Below are positions 9,476-19,215 of a DNA stretch of 64,000 bases, piece after piece. Made by a program: the position numbers and the translations under genes. Origin of the DNA: Bacteroidota bacterium (GTDB lineage Bacteria; Bacteroidota; Bacteroidia; Chitinophagales; LD1); NCBI GenBank assembly GCA_016715625.1, contig JADJZU010000007.1, positions 13,237 through 77,236 of the forward strand. Direction: 5' to 3'. How positions within the stretch are numbered: the first letter of the stretch is position 1; each line of letters begins with the position of its first letter. The notes under the pieces were generated by a model. It worked only from the letters and a program-made list of their open reading frames with translations, made no database searches and had not been told where the DNA came from.

Positions 9476-11308
9476 ATGAATAAAAAAAATGCAGCAGTTA
9501 TCTTGCTGTTAGCTCTTGGTTCGGTTCTTTATTCACAGCAGGAATACTACTATACTATTGATTTGGTAAATGTTCAAAAGGATAGGGTGAAAGTGACGCT
9601 TACGCCCCCTGCTATGCAGAAAGAGGAGGTGATGTTTATTATGCCCGAGGTGGTCCCCGGCACTTACAGCACAGAAAATTTCGGCAGATTTCTCCATCAG
9701 TTTTCGGCTTATGATGCAGACGGCAAAAGGCTGAAAGTGAAACAGAAGAATATCAATCGCTTTTACATTAAAGGCGCTACTAATCTGGCTAAAGTGGAGT
9801 ATTATGTAAACGACACCTGGGATGATAAAGATGCAAAGCATTTTATCTTCCAACCGGGTGGCTCCAATATTGAAGCTGGAACCAATTTTGTATTGAATCC
9901 ATTCGCCTTCTTTGGATATTTTGACGAATTCAAAATGAATCCATACAAGATTGAAGTAACCAAGCCCAGTAGTTTTTACGGTTCAGGCCATTTAGCAAAG
10001 CAGGCTAAAAGTGAAACAGTCGATGTGCTCAGTGCTCCCAATTACGTATATCTATGCGATAACCCGATGATGTATTGCGTGCCCGATACTACCTCTTTTC
10101 GGGTAGCTAACAGCACCGTAAAGATTTCTGTATTTTCTACCAACGGTATTGTAAAAAGCAGTCAGATTGCAGATTACCTGTCGCCACTGGCAGAGTCGCT
10201 TCGCAAGTTTTTTGTCAAGCTACCGGTGGATGAATATCATTTCATCTACTACTTTGTAGATCCATCTAAAACGCCTACCTCCAAAGCGGGAGGCTTGAGC
10301 AGTGGATTCGGTGCTTTGGAGCATAACCACTGTTCTATTTACTATTTGCCGGAGACTAAATATGAAAAGGCTGTGAAAGAAACCGTAGAAGAAGTTTCCG
10401 GGCATGAGTTCCTGCACATCCTTACTCCGTTAAATATTCATAGCGAAGAAATTGACAACTTCGATTTTCTTGACCCCAAAATGAGCAAGCATCTTTGGAT
10501 GTATGAAGGGGTAACCGAATACTTTGCACACCTGACTCAGTTTCAGGGAGGCATTACTGATGAGGAAGCATTTGCCCGATCTATGCGGAGTAAGATAAAT
10601 GAAGCTGCAGCCTTTAACAGTTTCTCTATGACTGACATGAGCGTGAATGTATTGACCAAAGAGAATCAAAACCTCTATCTGAGCGTGTATAGTAAAGGGG
10701 CCGTGTTAGCTATGCTGTTGGATATTCGCATCGCTGAACTTACGGACGGAAAGAAGAATCTGAAAACATTAATGCTTGCATTGGCCGATAAATATGGACC
10801 TTCCAAGCCGTTTAAGGATAATGAACTGTTTAGCGATATCATTTCACTGACTCATCCGGGTATTCAAGAGTTTATTGATAAATACATCGTGGGCAAAGAG
10901 CCACTGCCTCTGGAGTATTTTAATCAGATTGGTTGGCAATATGAACCGGAAAAAAGAAAGACCGTATATATGAGTGGCTATTTTGGATTGCGATATGATG
11001 AGAAAAATAATGAGCTCATATTTGATAGGGTAGGAGAGAATCTGCTGGGTATAGCCAGCGGAGATGTGCTCTTAGCAATTAACGATGAAGAAACCTCCCC
11101 TGTAAATATCAGCGAACAATTTCAAACCTTTTTCAGAGGAAACACCAAACCGGATCCCATACATGTCAAAGTAAGACGGAAAGGCACCGAACAGATTTTG
11201 ACTGCCACCCCCAAGGAATCTACTACCACAATCAAAAACGCGCTGGACCCTTTAAAAGAGTTTACTGAACAACAGAAAAAGTTACGTGCCATCTTGCTGG
11301 CTAAGTAG
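9476..11308 (+). CDS. Secreted zinc metallopeptidase (M61/M1-like) with a C-terminal PDZ-like domain
   Basis: The signal peptide is MNKKNAAVILLLALGSVLYSQ. GFGALEH is followed by HEFLH and a downstream EGVTEY, fitting a gluzincin arrangement. The C-terminal LGIASGDVLLAINDEE segment is PDZ-like. Confidence 0.6.
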   Translation: MNKKNAAVILLLALGSVLYSQQEYYYTIDLVNVQKDRVKVTLTPPAMQKEEVMFIMPEVVPGTYSTENFGRFLHQFSAYDADGKRLKVKQKNINRFYIKGATNLAKVEYYVNDTWDDKDAKHFIFQPGGSNIEAGTNFVLNPFAFFGYFDEFKMNPYKIEVTKPSSFYGSGHLAKQAKSETVDVLSAPNYVYLCDNPMMYCVPDTTSFRVANSTVKISVFSTNGIVKSSQIADYLSPLAESLRKFFVKLPVDEYHFIYYFVDPSKTPTSKAGGLSSGFGALEHNHCSIYYLPETKYEKAVKETVEEVSGHEFLHILTPLNIHSEEIDNFDFLDPKMSKHLWMYEGVTEYFAHLTQFQGGITDEEAFARSMRSKINEAAAFNSFSMTDMSVNVLTKENQNLYLSVYSKGAVLAMLLDIRIAELTDGKKNLKTLMLALADKYGPSKPFKDNELFSDIISLTHPGIQEFIDKYIVGKEPLPLEYFNQIGWQYEPEKRKTVYMSGYFGLRYDEKNNELIFDRVGENLLGIASGDVLLAINDEETSPVNISEQFQTFFRGNTKPDPIHVKVRRKGTEQILTATPKESTTTIKNALDPLKEFTEQQKKLRAILLAK

Positions 11309-11376
11309 GTATCGGTATTCAAAATTTTGTTGAGGCATTTATAGATGGGCTCACTTTATTTGCCCACTCTTGCAGC

Positions 11377-12177
11377 GTGGAACTCCAAATAGCTTTTGGA
11401 TATATAGGAGCCTTGCTTACGGGCATTGTGCTTGGAATTTTGGGAGGTGGTGGGGCGCTGCTCTCAATACCTGTTTTGGTTTATTTTTTTCATGTGGAGG
11501 CAGGAGTTGCCACCGGCTATTCACTCTTTCTAATTGGCATTACCGCGCTGAGTGGTGCTGTGCGAAACGTCCTGATGCGAAATGTGGATTTTCGGTTAGC
11601 TCTTTGGTACGGAGTGCCCTCTCTGTTTTCGGTTTATGTAATGCGCAGATTTATTATGCCCGCTGTGCCGGATATAATTTACAGTGGGCCTCCTTTTGCA
11701 ATCGATAAAAATCACCTCATCCTCTTTGTTCTGAGTGCGGTGATGTTGTTGGTTGGGCGGAAAATGATTCAAGAGGAACGAGAGGAAACACCCAATTCCA
11801 CAGGTGCTGTTGATTATAAACGCATGATTTTGTATTCGCTTTTAATTGGTTCCTTTCTGGGCATGGTAGGTGCCGGAGGTGGATTTTTGATGACCCCGGT
11901 GCTCATTTATTTCGGCCGGCTGGAGATGAAAAAAGCGGTGGGTACCTCTTTGTTATTGGTTTCTTGCAATTCTTTTATCGGTTTTCTGGGAGATTTAGGG
12001 GGAAACCATCCCATGAACTGGAATTTGCTTCTGTCTTTTTCCGGATTTTCGGTGGCCGGAGTTTTTGCCGGTGTTTACCTTGCCAATTTTGTAGATGAGT
12101 CCCGATTGAAAAAAGCGTTCGGCTGGTTCATGCTGGTATTAGCCGCAGCCATAATTATAAAAGAGTTGCTGCGGTAG
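11377..12177 (+). CDS. TauE/SafE family sulfite/anion exporter
   Basis: The 266-aa polytopic protein has two homologous halves, each with a Gly-rich motif (GILGGGGALLSIP and GMVGAGGGFLMTP). Confidence 0.75.
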   Translation: MELQIAFGYIGALLTGIVLGILGGGGALLSIPVLVYFFHVEAGVATGYSLFLIGITALSGAVRNVLMRNVDFRLALWYGVPSLFSVYVMRRFIMPAVPDIIYSGPPFAIDKNHLILFVLSAVMLLVGRKMIQEEREETPNSTGAVDYKRMILYSLLIGSFLGMVGAGGGFLMTPVLIYFGRLEMKKAVGTSLLLVSCNSFIGFLGDLGGNHPMNWNLLLSFSGFSVAGVFAGVYLANFVDESRLKKAFGWFMLVLAAAIIIKELLR

Positions 12178-12181
12178 GGCT

Positions 12182-12973
12182 TTAGTCTTCGCTTGAGCTC
12201 TTGAATCCTTTCATAACGCCTCTTACGCTTTCGCGTATAAACGATACGATCTCATCTTTTTCGGGGCTGTCGGGTATGTCGGCCTCTATGAGTTTGAGGG
12301 CTGTGCTGGTATTAAACCCACGGATGTAAAGCGTGCGATACACATCCAGTATCTGATTGATTTGTTCTGTTGTGTATCCTCTTCTTCTTAGTCCCACCGA
12401 GTTTACTCCCGCATAGGTCGTTGGGTGCCTTGCGGCTCGCACAAATGGCGGTATATCTTTATTAACCAAGCATCCACCACTTACAATAACGTGCCGGCCT
12501 ATTTTTACAAACTGCTGAAAATTAGTAGAGCCGCCTAATACTGTAAAATCACCTACCTCTACATGGCCGGCCAGGTTGGCATTGTTGGCCAACACACAAT
12601 TATTGCCGATTACACAGTCATGGGCAATATGAACATACGCCATTAAAAGGGTGTTGTTTCCAATTACCGTTTTCATCGCAGCTTCAGTACCTTTATTCAC
12701 CGTTACATATTCGCGTATGGTTACATTGTCACCAATGCTTACGGTAGATTTTTCCCCTTTGTATTTTAAATCTTGTGGTATTGCTGATATAACGGCTCCC
12801 GGAAATATTTTGCAGTTTTTCCCGATTCGAGCGCCTTCCATAATAGTTACGTGTGGACCAATCCAAGTCCCTTCCCCAATCACCACATCTTTTGAAATGG
12901 TTACAAAAGGTTCTATCACTACATTGTCAGCAATTTCCGCATTGGGATGTATGAAGGAAAAAGGTTGATTCAT
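12182..12973 (-). CDS. lpxA: Acyl-ACP--UDP-N-acetylglucosamine O-acyltransferase
   Basis: The 263-aa product has left-handed beta-helix hexapeptide repeats and an LpxA-type C-terminal helical domain. It is the last gene of the lpxD-lpxC/fabZ-lpxA arrangement. Confidence 0.9.
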   Translation of the reverse strand: MNQPFSFIHPNAEIADNVVIEPFVTISKDVVIGEGTWIGPHVTIMEGARIGKNCKIFPGAVISAIPQDLKYKGEKSTVSIGDNVTIREYVTVNKGTEAAMKTVIGNNTLLMAYVHIAHDCVIGNNCVLANNANLAGHVEVGDFTVLGGSTNFQQFVKIGRHVIVSGGCLVNKDIPPFVRAARHPTTYAGVNSVGLRRRGYTTEQINQILDVYRTLYIRGFNTSTALKLIEADIPDSPEKDEIVSFIRESVRGVMKGFKSSSED

Positions 12974-13055
12974 AGTAGTTGGCGGGCTTGCTTTTTAGAG
13001 GGCAGTTTAGAATGCTGTGTTTTGTTTGTAGATAGTAAATAAACTAATTAAGCAT

Positions 13056-14459
13056 TTACTTGCCTTCTTTTCTTTGAATTTTCGCCATCAATTCCGCTTC
13101 GCTCACCAAACGATTGCCCACATAAGCGGAGCCTTTCATTTCTATAATGCCTCTGCGTATGGGGGATAGTAGTTCCAATTTAAAGAGTACAGTATCTCCC
13201 GGAACAACCAGTTGCTTGAATTTTACTTTGTCAATTTTGATAAAATAGGTATCATAATTTTGAGGGTCGGGCACCTGGCTTAGGACCAAAATGCCTCCGG
13301 TTTGTGCCATGGCTTCTAATTGCAAAACACCCGGCATAACAGGATTTCCTGGAAAATGCCCTCTGAAAAAATCTTCATTAAAAGTAACCGCCTTTACACC
13401 CACCACTTCTTCGGGCGACAGGGAAATTATTTTGTCTACCAGAAGAAATGGATATCGGTGCGGTAATATTTTTTCTATGCCCACAGCATCATAAACCGGA
13501 GGTTTGTTGGGGTCATATTCCGGAGCAGGATCTTTCATGCGTTCCTGCTTAATATGTTGTTTCAAAATTTTGGCAAACTCAACGTTGTGTTTATGCCCGG
13601 GTTTAGTGGCAATAATGTTGGCGTTGATAGGTGTGCCTACCAAGCCTAAGTCGCCTACCACATCCAGCAGTTTGTGGCGCGCAGGTTCGTTGTGGTGGTG
13701 CAGCTTGATATTATTCAATATGCCCTCTTCCACTACCTTAATGTCGGGTTTGTTGAATAGTTCGGCAAGTTTTAGCCGCTCCTCTTCCGATATAGGTTTA
13801 TCTACAACAATGATGGCGTTATTTAAATCACCACCGCGTATCAGCCCGGCTGCGTACAACATTTCCAACTCGTGGAGAAAACAAAACGTGCGTGATGGTG
13901 CAATTTCCTTTTTGAAATCAGCTACTTTGTCGAGCGTGGCGTGCTGCTGGCCCAACACTTCACTTTTATAATCAATAAGCGCGGTTACCTTATATCGGTT
14001 CGAAGGCATGGCAAGGTATTCTACCCCGCTTTCTTTGTCTACGTAGTGTATGTTTTTGCGCAGTTCAAATACCTCTCGTTCCTCACTTTGTTCTTGTATA
14101 CCCACTTTTTCCAAGGCCTCTACAAAATATTTCGCGCTGCCATCCATAATGGGCATTTCAATGCCGTTAACCTGTACCAGACAGTTGTCAATTTGCAAAC
14201 CAACCAGCGAGCTCATGACATGTTCTACTGTGGCTACCATAGCCGGACCTTTTTCAAGCGTAGTACCCCGTTGCACCGTGGTCACTAAATCACAGTCCGC
14301 ATTAATGAGCGGTTGACCTTCTAAATCAATTCGCTGAAATTTGATACCATGGTTAACAGGAGCAGGAACAAATTTTACAGTAACATTTTGGCCGGTATGT
14401 AAGCCAACGCCCGTGAGCGAAATCTCTTCCTTGATGGTTTGCTGGTAACTATGATTCAT
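13056..14459 (-). CDS. lpxC: Bifunctional UDP-3-O-acyl-GlcNAc deacetylase / 3-hydroxyacyl-ACP dehydratase (LpxC-FabZ fusion)
   Basis: The N-terminal half is LpxC-like (GVGLHTGQNVTV, HHHNEPARHKLLDVVGDL). The C-terminal half is FabZ-like (ILPHRYPFLLVDKI, GHFPGNPVMPGVLQLEAMAQ). This fusion is typical of Bacteroidota. Confidence 0.95.
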   Translation of the reverse strand: MNHSYQQTIKEEISLTGVGLHTGQNVTVKFVPAPVNHGIKFQRIDLEGQPLINADCDLVTTVQRGTTLEKGPAMVATVEHVMSSLVGLQIDNCLVQVNGIEMPIMDGSAKYFVEALEKVGIQEQSEEREVFELRKNIHYVDKESGVEYLAMPSNRYKVTALIDYKSEVLGQQHATLDKVADFKKEIAPSRTFCFLHELEMLYAAGLIRGGDLNNAIIVVDKPISEEERLKLAELFNKPDIKVVEEGILNNIKLHHHNEPARHKLLDVVGDLGLVGTPINANIIATKPGHKHNVEFAKILKQHIKQERMKDPAPEYDPNKPPVYDAVGIEKILPHRYPFLLVDKIISLSPEEVVGVKAVTFNEDFFRGHFPGNPVMPGVLQLEAMAQTGGILVLSQVPDPQNYDTYFIKIDKVKFKQLVVPGDTVLFKLELLSPIRRGIIEMKGSAYVGNRLVSEAELMAKIQRKEGK

Positions 14460-14534
14460 TCACATTTCTTAAGGTGGGCAAATCTAATATTTCGCTTAAC
14501 AGATGGACCTCCAACCCCTGTCCATTCCTGCAAG

Positions 14535-15569
14535 CTATTGGTCTTCTAGTTTCTTCTCTAATTCTTTAATTTTTTTAATCAAATCGGGCAGTTGCTTTAT
14601 TGCCGCCAGTTGTCTGTAATGTTCGCGCGCATCAATGGCCGGCACGCCCGAAATGCCTTTACCGCTTTCCACATCGCGGATAACCGCAGCTTGTGCCTGA
14701 ATCTTTACTCCATCGCCTATGTTTAAATGCCCGGTAATGCCCGCTTGTCCGCCTATCAATACATATTTGCCAAATTTCGTGGAGCCGGAGATACCTGCCT
14801 GAGCCGCAATGACGGAATGGTCACCAATTTCTACATTGTGCGCTACCTGAATCAGGTTGTCCAGTTTCACACCATTCCCAATTTTAGTAGAACCGATAAC
14901 TGCGCGATCTATGCAGGTATTAGCGCCAATTTCTACATTATCACCAATTTCTACGTTGCCGGTTTGAGGTATCTTTTTGTAGCTGCCATCTGCTTGGGGG
15001 GCAAAGCCAAAGCCATCGCTTCCAATCACAGATCCGGAGTGAATAATGCAGTTAGCACCTATTTTGCAGTGATGATATACAGATACCTGGCTGTATAAGG
15101 TGGTGTTGTCGCCAATCACAGCATGGTCGCCTATAGATACATTGGCGTGTATTTTTACGTTTTTACCTATTTGCACATAATCACCGATAGAGGCAAACGC
15201 TCCTAAATAGAGATTTTCCCCATAGGTTGATTTTTGGCCTATGTAACTCTGCTTGGCAATGCCCGAAGTTTTTTCACTGCTATTCATGGCAGCATAGAGT
15301 TCCATGAGTTTTTGAAATGCCTGATATGGTTCTTTAACACGAAGCGCAGCAGCAATATTTGCTGTGTTATACTCAAGCGTTTCATCACATAGCAAAATAC
15401 CTGCCTTTGCAGTTTGTGCATAGTGGTAATATTTGGGGTTAGCCAGAAAACAAAAGGATTGCTCATCAGCTTCTTCTATTTTGGCTAGCTTGGTTACGGT
15501 AGCCTCCGGGTTCCCTTCTAATTTGGCATTTAAAACAACTGCCAAATCTCTTGCTTTTATCTCCATCAC
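14535..15569 (-). CDS. lpxD: UDP-3-O-(3-hydroxyacyl)glucosamine N-acyltransferase
   Basis: The 344-aa product has an LpxD N-terminal domain, an extended hexapeptide-repeat region and a C-terminal coiled tail. Confidence 0.9.
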   Translation of the reverse strand: MMEIKARDLAVVLNAKLEGNPEATVTKLAKIEEADEQSFCFLANPKYYHYAQTAKAGILLCDETLEYNTANIAAALRVKEPYQAFQKLMELYAAMNSSEKTSGIAKQSYIGQKSTYGENLYLGAFASIGDYVQIGKNVKIHANVSIGDHAVIGDNTTLYSQVSVYHHCKIGANCIIHSGSVIGSDGFGFAPQADGSYKKIPQTGNVEIGDNVEIGANTCIDRAVIGSTKIGNGVKLDNLIQVAHNVEIGDHSVIAAQAGISGSTKFGKYVLIGGQAGITGHLNIGDGVKIQAQAAVIRDVESGKGISGVPAIDAREHYRQLAAIKQLPDLIKKIKELEKKLEDQ

Positions 15570-15643
15570 AGGGTGCTTAAGTATACGTTAAACGGACTAT
15601 TGAAAAATTATTGTGTCATTCAGAAAACAACGCTTGGGAGTTT

Positions 15644-16873
15644 TTATTCGGCCAGCACTTTTGGGTAAAAAACATAATACTTGGTAACCGGAACACTGAG
15701 TACAGAAATGTTGAGTTGATCGCTGGCCTGAGCGATGTCCACCACTTCGTTTTTGCCTTTCATGATATTGATTCTGTTTTCATTTGGATTGTAGGCATGG
15801 TTTGATGTTGCATCCGAAAACACGAGATAACTCACTTCTTCTTCACTCATTTTAAACTTCTTCATGGCTTCTTGATTCAGCTTTCTCACTTTTGTGTACG
15901 GAAACGCTTTATTGCTGATTTCAATCTTGAAGAGCTTGCGGTCCAGTATACAATCACACAACATTTTGAGCACCTTATCGGATGAGTGTCTCCAATACTT
16001 AAACGCTGAAAAAATATCTACATCGTCCAAGTGCGAGTAATAGTGCAGCACTTTTTCATCTTTCTGGAAATCTTTTAAACGAACCTCATTGTTTAAAAAA
16101 TAACTGAATGCCGGTGAGGCGTCCAGCAATTCTCCTTTCCGAATCAGGTATTTAGCGCGCTCAATAGCTTTCACCATCATCATTTCAACGCACAATACAG
16201 TCTTGTGCAAATACACTTGCCAATACATAAGCCTGCGGGCAATAATGAAACTTTCGATGCTGTATATTCCTTTTTGCTCTATCACTACTTCATCGTTTCG
16301 CACATTCATCATTTCAATGAGTCGCTCGTAGGAAATCGCACCTTCATTTACTCCTGTAAAAAAGGCATCGCGGGTCAGATAATCCAGACGATCTACATCC
16401 AGCTGTGATGACACCAGCTGATGAAGGAATTTTTTCTTGTAAGTGCCTTCAAAAATATGAATGGCCAACGTGAGTTTTCCTTTAAAATACTCATTGAGGC
16501 GTTTCATGTAAATCTTTGAAATGTCTTCGTGATTCACTCCTGAAATTAAGCTGTGTTCCAGCGTATGGCTGAATGGACCATGGCCAATGTCGTGTAGTAG
16601 AATGGCAATTTGTGCGCCTAACTCTTCCTCTTCCGTAATCTTAACGCCCTTGATTTTGAGAATAGAAATGGCTTTGCGCATAAGGTGAAACGCCCCCAGT
16701 GCGTGATGAAAACGGGTGTGTATGGCACCGGGATATACATAGTCGCTAAGCCCAAGTTGTTTAATCCTTCGCAATCGTTGGAAATACGGATGTTCAATGA
16801 CATCGAACACCAATTCGTGCGGAATGGTAATAAATCCGTGGACCGGATCGTTGAAGATTTTTCGTTTGTTCAT
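15644..16873 (-). CDS. HD-domain phosphohydrolase (dGTPase-like family)
   Basis: The 409-aa product contains HTRFHHALG and LLHDIGHGPFSH. It sits in the conserved position upstream of lpxD. Confidence 0.8.
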   Translation of the reverse strand: MNKRKIFNDPVHGFITIPHELVFDVIEHPYFQRLRRIKQLGLSDYVYPGAIHTRFHHALGAFHLMRKAISILKIKGVKITEEEELGAQIAILLHDIGHGPFSHTLEHSLISGVNHEDISKIYMKRLNEYFKGKLTLAIHIFEGTYKKKFLHQLVSSQLDVDRLDYLTRDAFFTGVNEGAISYERLIEMMNVRNDEVVIEQKGIYSIESFIIARRLMYWQVYLHKTVLCVEMMMVKAIERAKYLIRKGELLDASPAFSYFLNNEVRLKDFQKDEKVLHYYSHLDDVDIFSAFKYWRHSSDKVLKMLCDCILDRKLFKIEISNKAFPYTKVRKLNQEAMKKFKMSEEEVSYLVFSDATSNHAYNPNENRINIMKGKNEVVDIAQASDQLNISVLSVPVTKYYVFYPKVLAE

Positions 16874-16911
16874 GCCGAAAGCGATACTGGCTTTAGAAGT
16901 GGGGCTATTGT

Positions 16912-17520
16912 TTAATAGTTGGCTTCTTTCTTCCAGGCACTGAATTCTTTCTTTTCTATCTGATTAAAGATATCCTTGATGGCACCAGCCCACGCTTTGG
17001 CAGGAGAGCCGCCTGAAGCTTTTCCGGTCATTTTTTTGAGCCAGAGAACATTGCGACTGGCTACATCAAAGAAGGCAACATGCACGGTAGCCAAATTGCT
17101 GGTTTTATTAAAACTCTGAACAATGAAAGTCACTGCTAATCCATCTTTTTTTTGACCCACAGGAATGAGTTTCACTTGCTCCGCCACTTGCTCGGCAGTC
17201 AGATCCACATCTTCGCTTGCTTTCAGATTGTCTGTTTCGCGCGCCAGATTCATTTTATTGATTCCATTAGGGTCTTTATATGCGGCATTTTTCTGAAACA
17301 CTTTTGCCAAATCCATATCTACCGTTACTTCATTCCATGGTTTGAAATATTCTTCCTGCATTTTATGTGGTGACTCATCACCCATCCCAATCATTTTTGC
17401 TTTTGTAAGGTCTACCCCATACCAAATAATGGTGGGGCTACCGAATACTTTTTTGGTGTCTTGTGACTGAAGTGCGATGGAAAATGCCAGAAGGAATAGC
17501 AGCGCAAAGTTCTTTTTCAT
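16912..17520 (-). CDS. Hypothetical secreted protein
   Basis: The 202-aa ORF has the signal peptide MKKNFALLFLLAFSIALQSQ. I recognised no family. Confidence 0.5.
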   Translation of the reverse strand: MKKNFALLFLLAFSIALQSQDTKKVFGSPTIIWYGVDLTKAKMIGMGDESPHKMQEEYFKPWNEVTVDMDLAKVFQKNAAYKDPNGINKMNLARETDNLKASEDVDLTAEQVAEQVKLIPVGQKKDGLAVTFIVQSFNKTSNLATVHVAFFDVASRNVLWLKKMTGKASGGSPAKAWAGAIKDIFNQIEKKEFSAWKKEANY

Positions 17521-17614
17521 TGTGTTTGTTTAAGTATGAATTGGAATGAAAATAGAAAAATATTGAAAGTAATTAGCTCAACAGATTGGGTTTTAATGTA
17601 ACTAAAATCATAAT

Positions 17615-18331
17615 ATGACTCAGGTGCCTTTTAGGTTTAAGCAGTTTGACGTAGCACAACATTTATGCAGCATGCGGGTGAATACTGATGGTGTATTGCT
17701 GGGTGCTTGGGCTTGTTTTAGAGTCGATGATTCCTGTCATCGTGCTTTAGATATTGGCACCGGTTCCGGAGTTATCGGATTAATGCTTGCACAATGCACG
17801 CGAAATGTCCGGATAGATGCGATTGACATTGATGAACTTTCCAGCAAACAGGCGGATATGAATTTTGCTAATTCAGATTGGCGCGACAGGTTGAATGCGT
17901 ATCATACCTCTTTGCAGTTGTTTCTCCCCGAATACCAATACGATTTAATTGTTTCAAATCCGCCATACTTCGTAGATGATTTGAAATCGGACGATAGTAG
18001 AAAGAATCTGGCACGTCACGGTGTTGCCCTTAGTTATCCTGATTTGCTGAAAGGGTGCTACCGATTGCTCTCCGAATCAGGTAGCTGTTATATCGTCATT
18101 CCTGATTCGAATGCAATGATGTTACAAGCGATTGCACTAGAGCAGAAATTGTTTGTAAACGAAATTCTTTCAGTCAGTGCAATACAAGATAAGGCACCTT
18201 ACCTCTCCATTTTTCAATTGCAGAAATTTGAAAAGCCGGTAGTGAAATCAACCCTTTATATTCAGAGCAGGGACGGTCAATTTTCAGAAGAGTATGTTTC
18301 ACTCACTAAATCATTTTACCTTAAATTTTAA
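17615..18331 (+). CDS. tRNA (adenine-N6)-methyltransferase, TrmN6/YfiC-like
   Basis: The product contains FRFKQFDVAQHLCSMRVNTDGVLLGAWA, the SAM motif LDIGTGSGVIGLMLAQ and the N6-adenine motif NPPYF. Confidence 0.8.
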   Translation: MTQVPFRFKQFDVAQHLCSMRVNTDGVLLGAWACFRVDDSCHRALDIGTGSGVIGLMLAQCTRNVRIDAIDIDELSSKQADMNFANSDWRDRLNAYHTSLQLFLPEYQYDLIVSNPPYFVDDLKSDDSRKNLARHGVALSYPDLLKGCYRLLSESGSCYIVIPDSNAMMLQAIALEQKLFVNEILSVSAIQDKAPYLSIFQLQKFEKPVVKSTLYIQSRDGQFSEEYVSLTKSFYLKF

Positions 18332-18339
18332 ATGGTGTT

Positions 18340-18744
18340 ATGGCTTATTGGCGCTCGCTTTTAGTCTGGTTACTCCTGATGCTTATTGAATCCATACACG
18401 GCACTCTTCGTTTATTGCTACTGGTGCCGATAGTGGGCGATTTTATGGCAAGGCAAATTGCCGTGTTTACGGGCGCACTACTCATTTTTATAACGACATA
18501 CTTTTGCATTTCATGGATACACCCTCAACGTAAAAGCCGGAGTCTACTCATCGGCTTGCTTTGGGTGATACTTACAATTTTGTTTGAGGTGCTGCTCGGA
18601 ATCTTAGTGTTTCGTATGTCTGTTAGTCGTATCGCTGAAGATTATGACATTCTGAATGGAGGGCTGATACCTATTGGGCTGTTACTCATGCTTTTTACCC
18701 CCTTGGCGGTAGCACATATAAAGGGGATAAAACTCAAATGGTAA
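18340..18744 (+). CDS. Hypothetical four-helix membrane protein
   Basis: The 134-aa ORF is strongly hydrophobic. It begins 9 bp after the stop of the upstream methyltransferase gene. Confidence 0.5.
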   Translation: MAYWRSLLVWLLLMLIESIHGTLRLLLLVPIVGDFMARQIAVFTGALLIFITTYFCISWIHPQRKSRSLLIGLLWVILTILFEVLLGILVFRMSVSRIAEDYDILNGGLIPIGLLLMLFTPLAVAHIKGIKLKW

Positions 18745-18851
18745 GATACGTTAAACTGGGGGCAGATTAACTTCTTTACAGCTAAGTGTAGTGGGAAAAT
18801 GAACCGACCATTTTATATTTGGCACAGTTATTAAAATCTAAAACAAAAATC

Positions 18852-19145
18852 ATGAACAGAATTATTTTGATTGTTGCTATTATGGTCGGATTCGTTTTCG
18901 CTGTAAATGCACATGATGAAGGAAAAAAGGTGAAGAAAGCCAAATCAAACAAGTCGATGAAAGCACATCAGTGCAGCGAGGCTTGTAAAAAAGATGGTAA
19001 ATGCACAGCGGCTCATGCGTCCGATGGCAAATCATGCCAGGGGCATGGCGCGTCTAGCGATGCAAAAGCGCATCAGTGTAGCGAAGCCTGCAAAAAAGAA
19101 GGCAAATGCGCTCACCACGGAAGTGGAGAAGGCCACAGCCACTAA
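18852..19145 (+). CDS. Small secreted Cys/His-rich protein with a duplicated AHQCSEACKK(D/E)GKC motif
   Basis: The signal peptide is MNRIILIVAIMVGFVFAVNA, starting from the internal ATG at 18852. Two 14-codon motif copies lie at 18963-19004 and 19068-19109. The C-terminus is a His-rich tail, HHGSGEGHSH. Confidence 0.65.
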   Translation: MNRIILIVAIMVGFVFAVNAHDEGKKVKKAKSNKSMKAHQCSEACKKDGKCTAAHASDGKSCQGHGASSDAKAHQCSEACKKEGKCAHHGSGEGHSH

Positions 19146-19174
19146 TTTTTATTGGTCAATCTCATTTTTCAAAT

Positions 19175-19207
19175 CCGGGCACTTGATATCAATGGCCCGG
19201 ATTTTTA
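19175..19207 (+). terminator. Rho-independent terminator after the Cys/His-rich gene
   Basis: The stem pairs CCGGGC (19175-19180) with GCCCGG (19195-19200) across a 14-nt loop and is followed by ATTTTTA. Confidence 0.6.
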
Positions 19208-19215
19208 CTTTCTAA

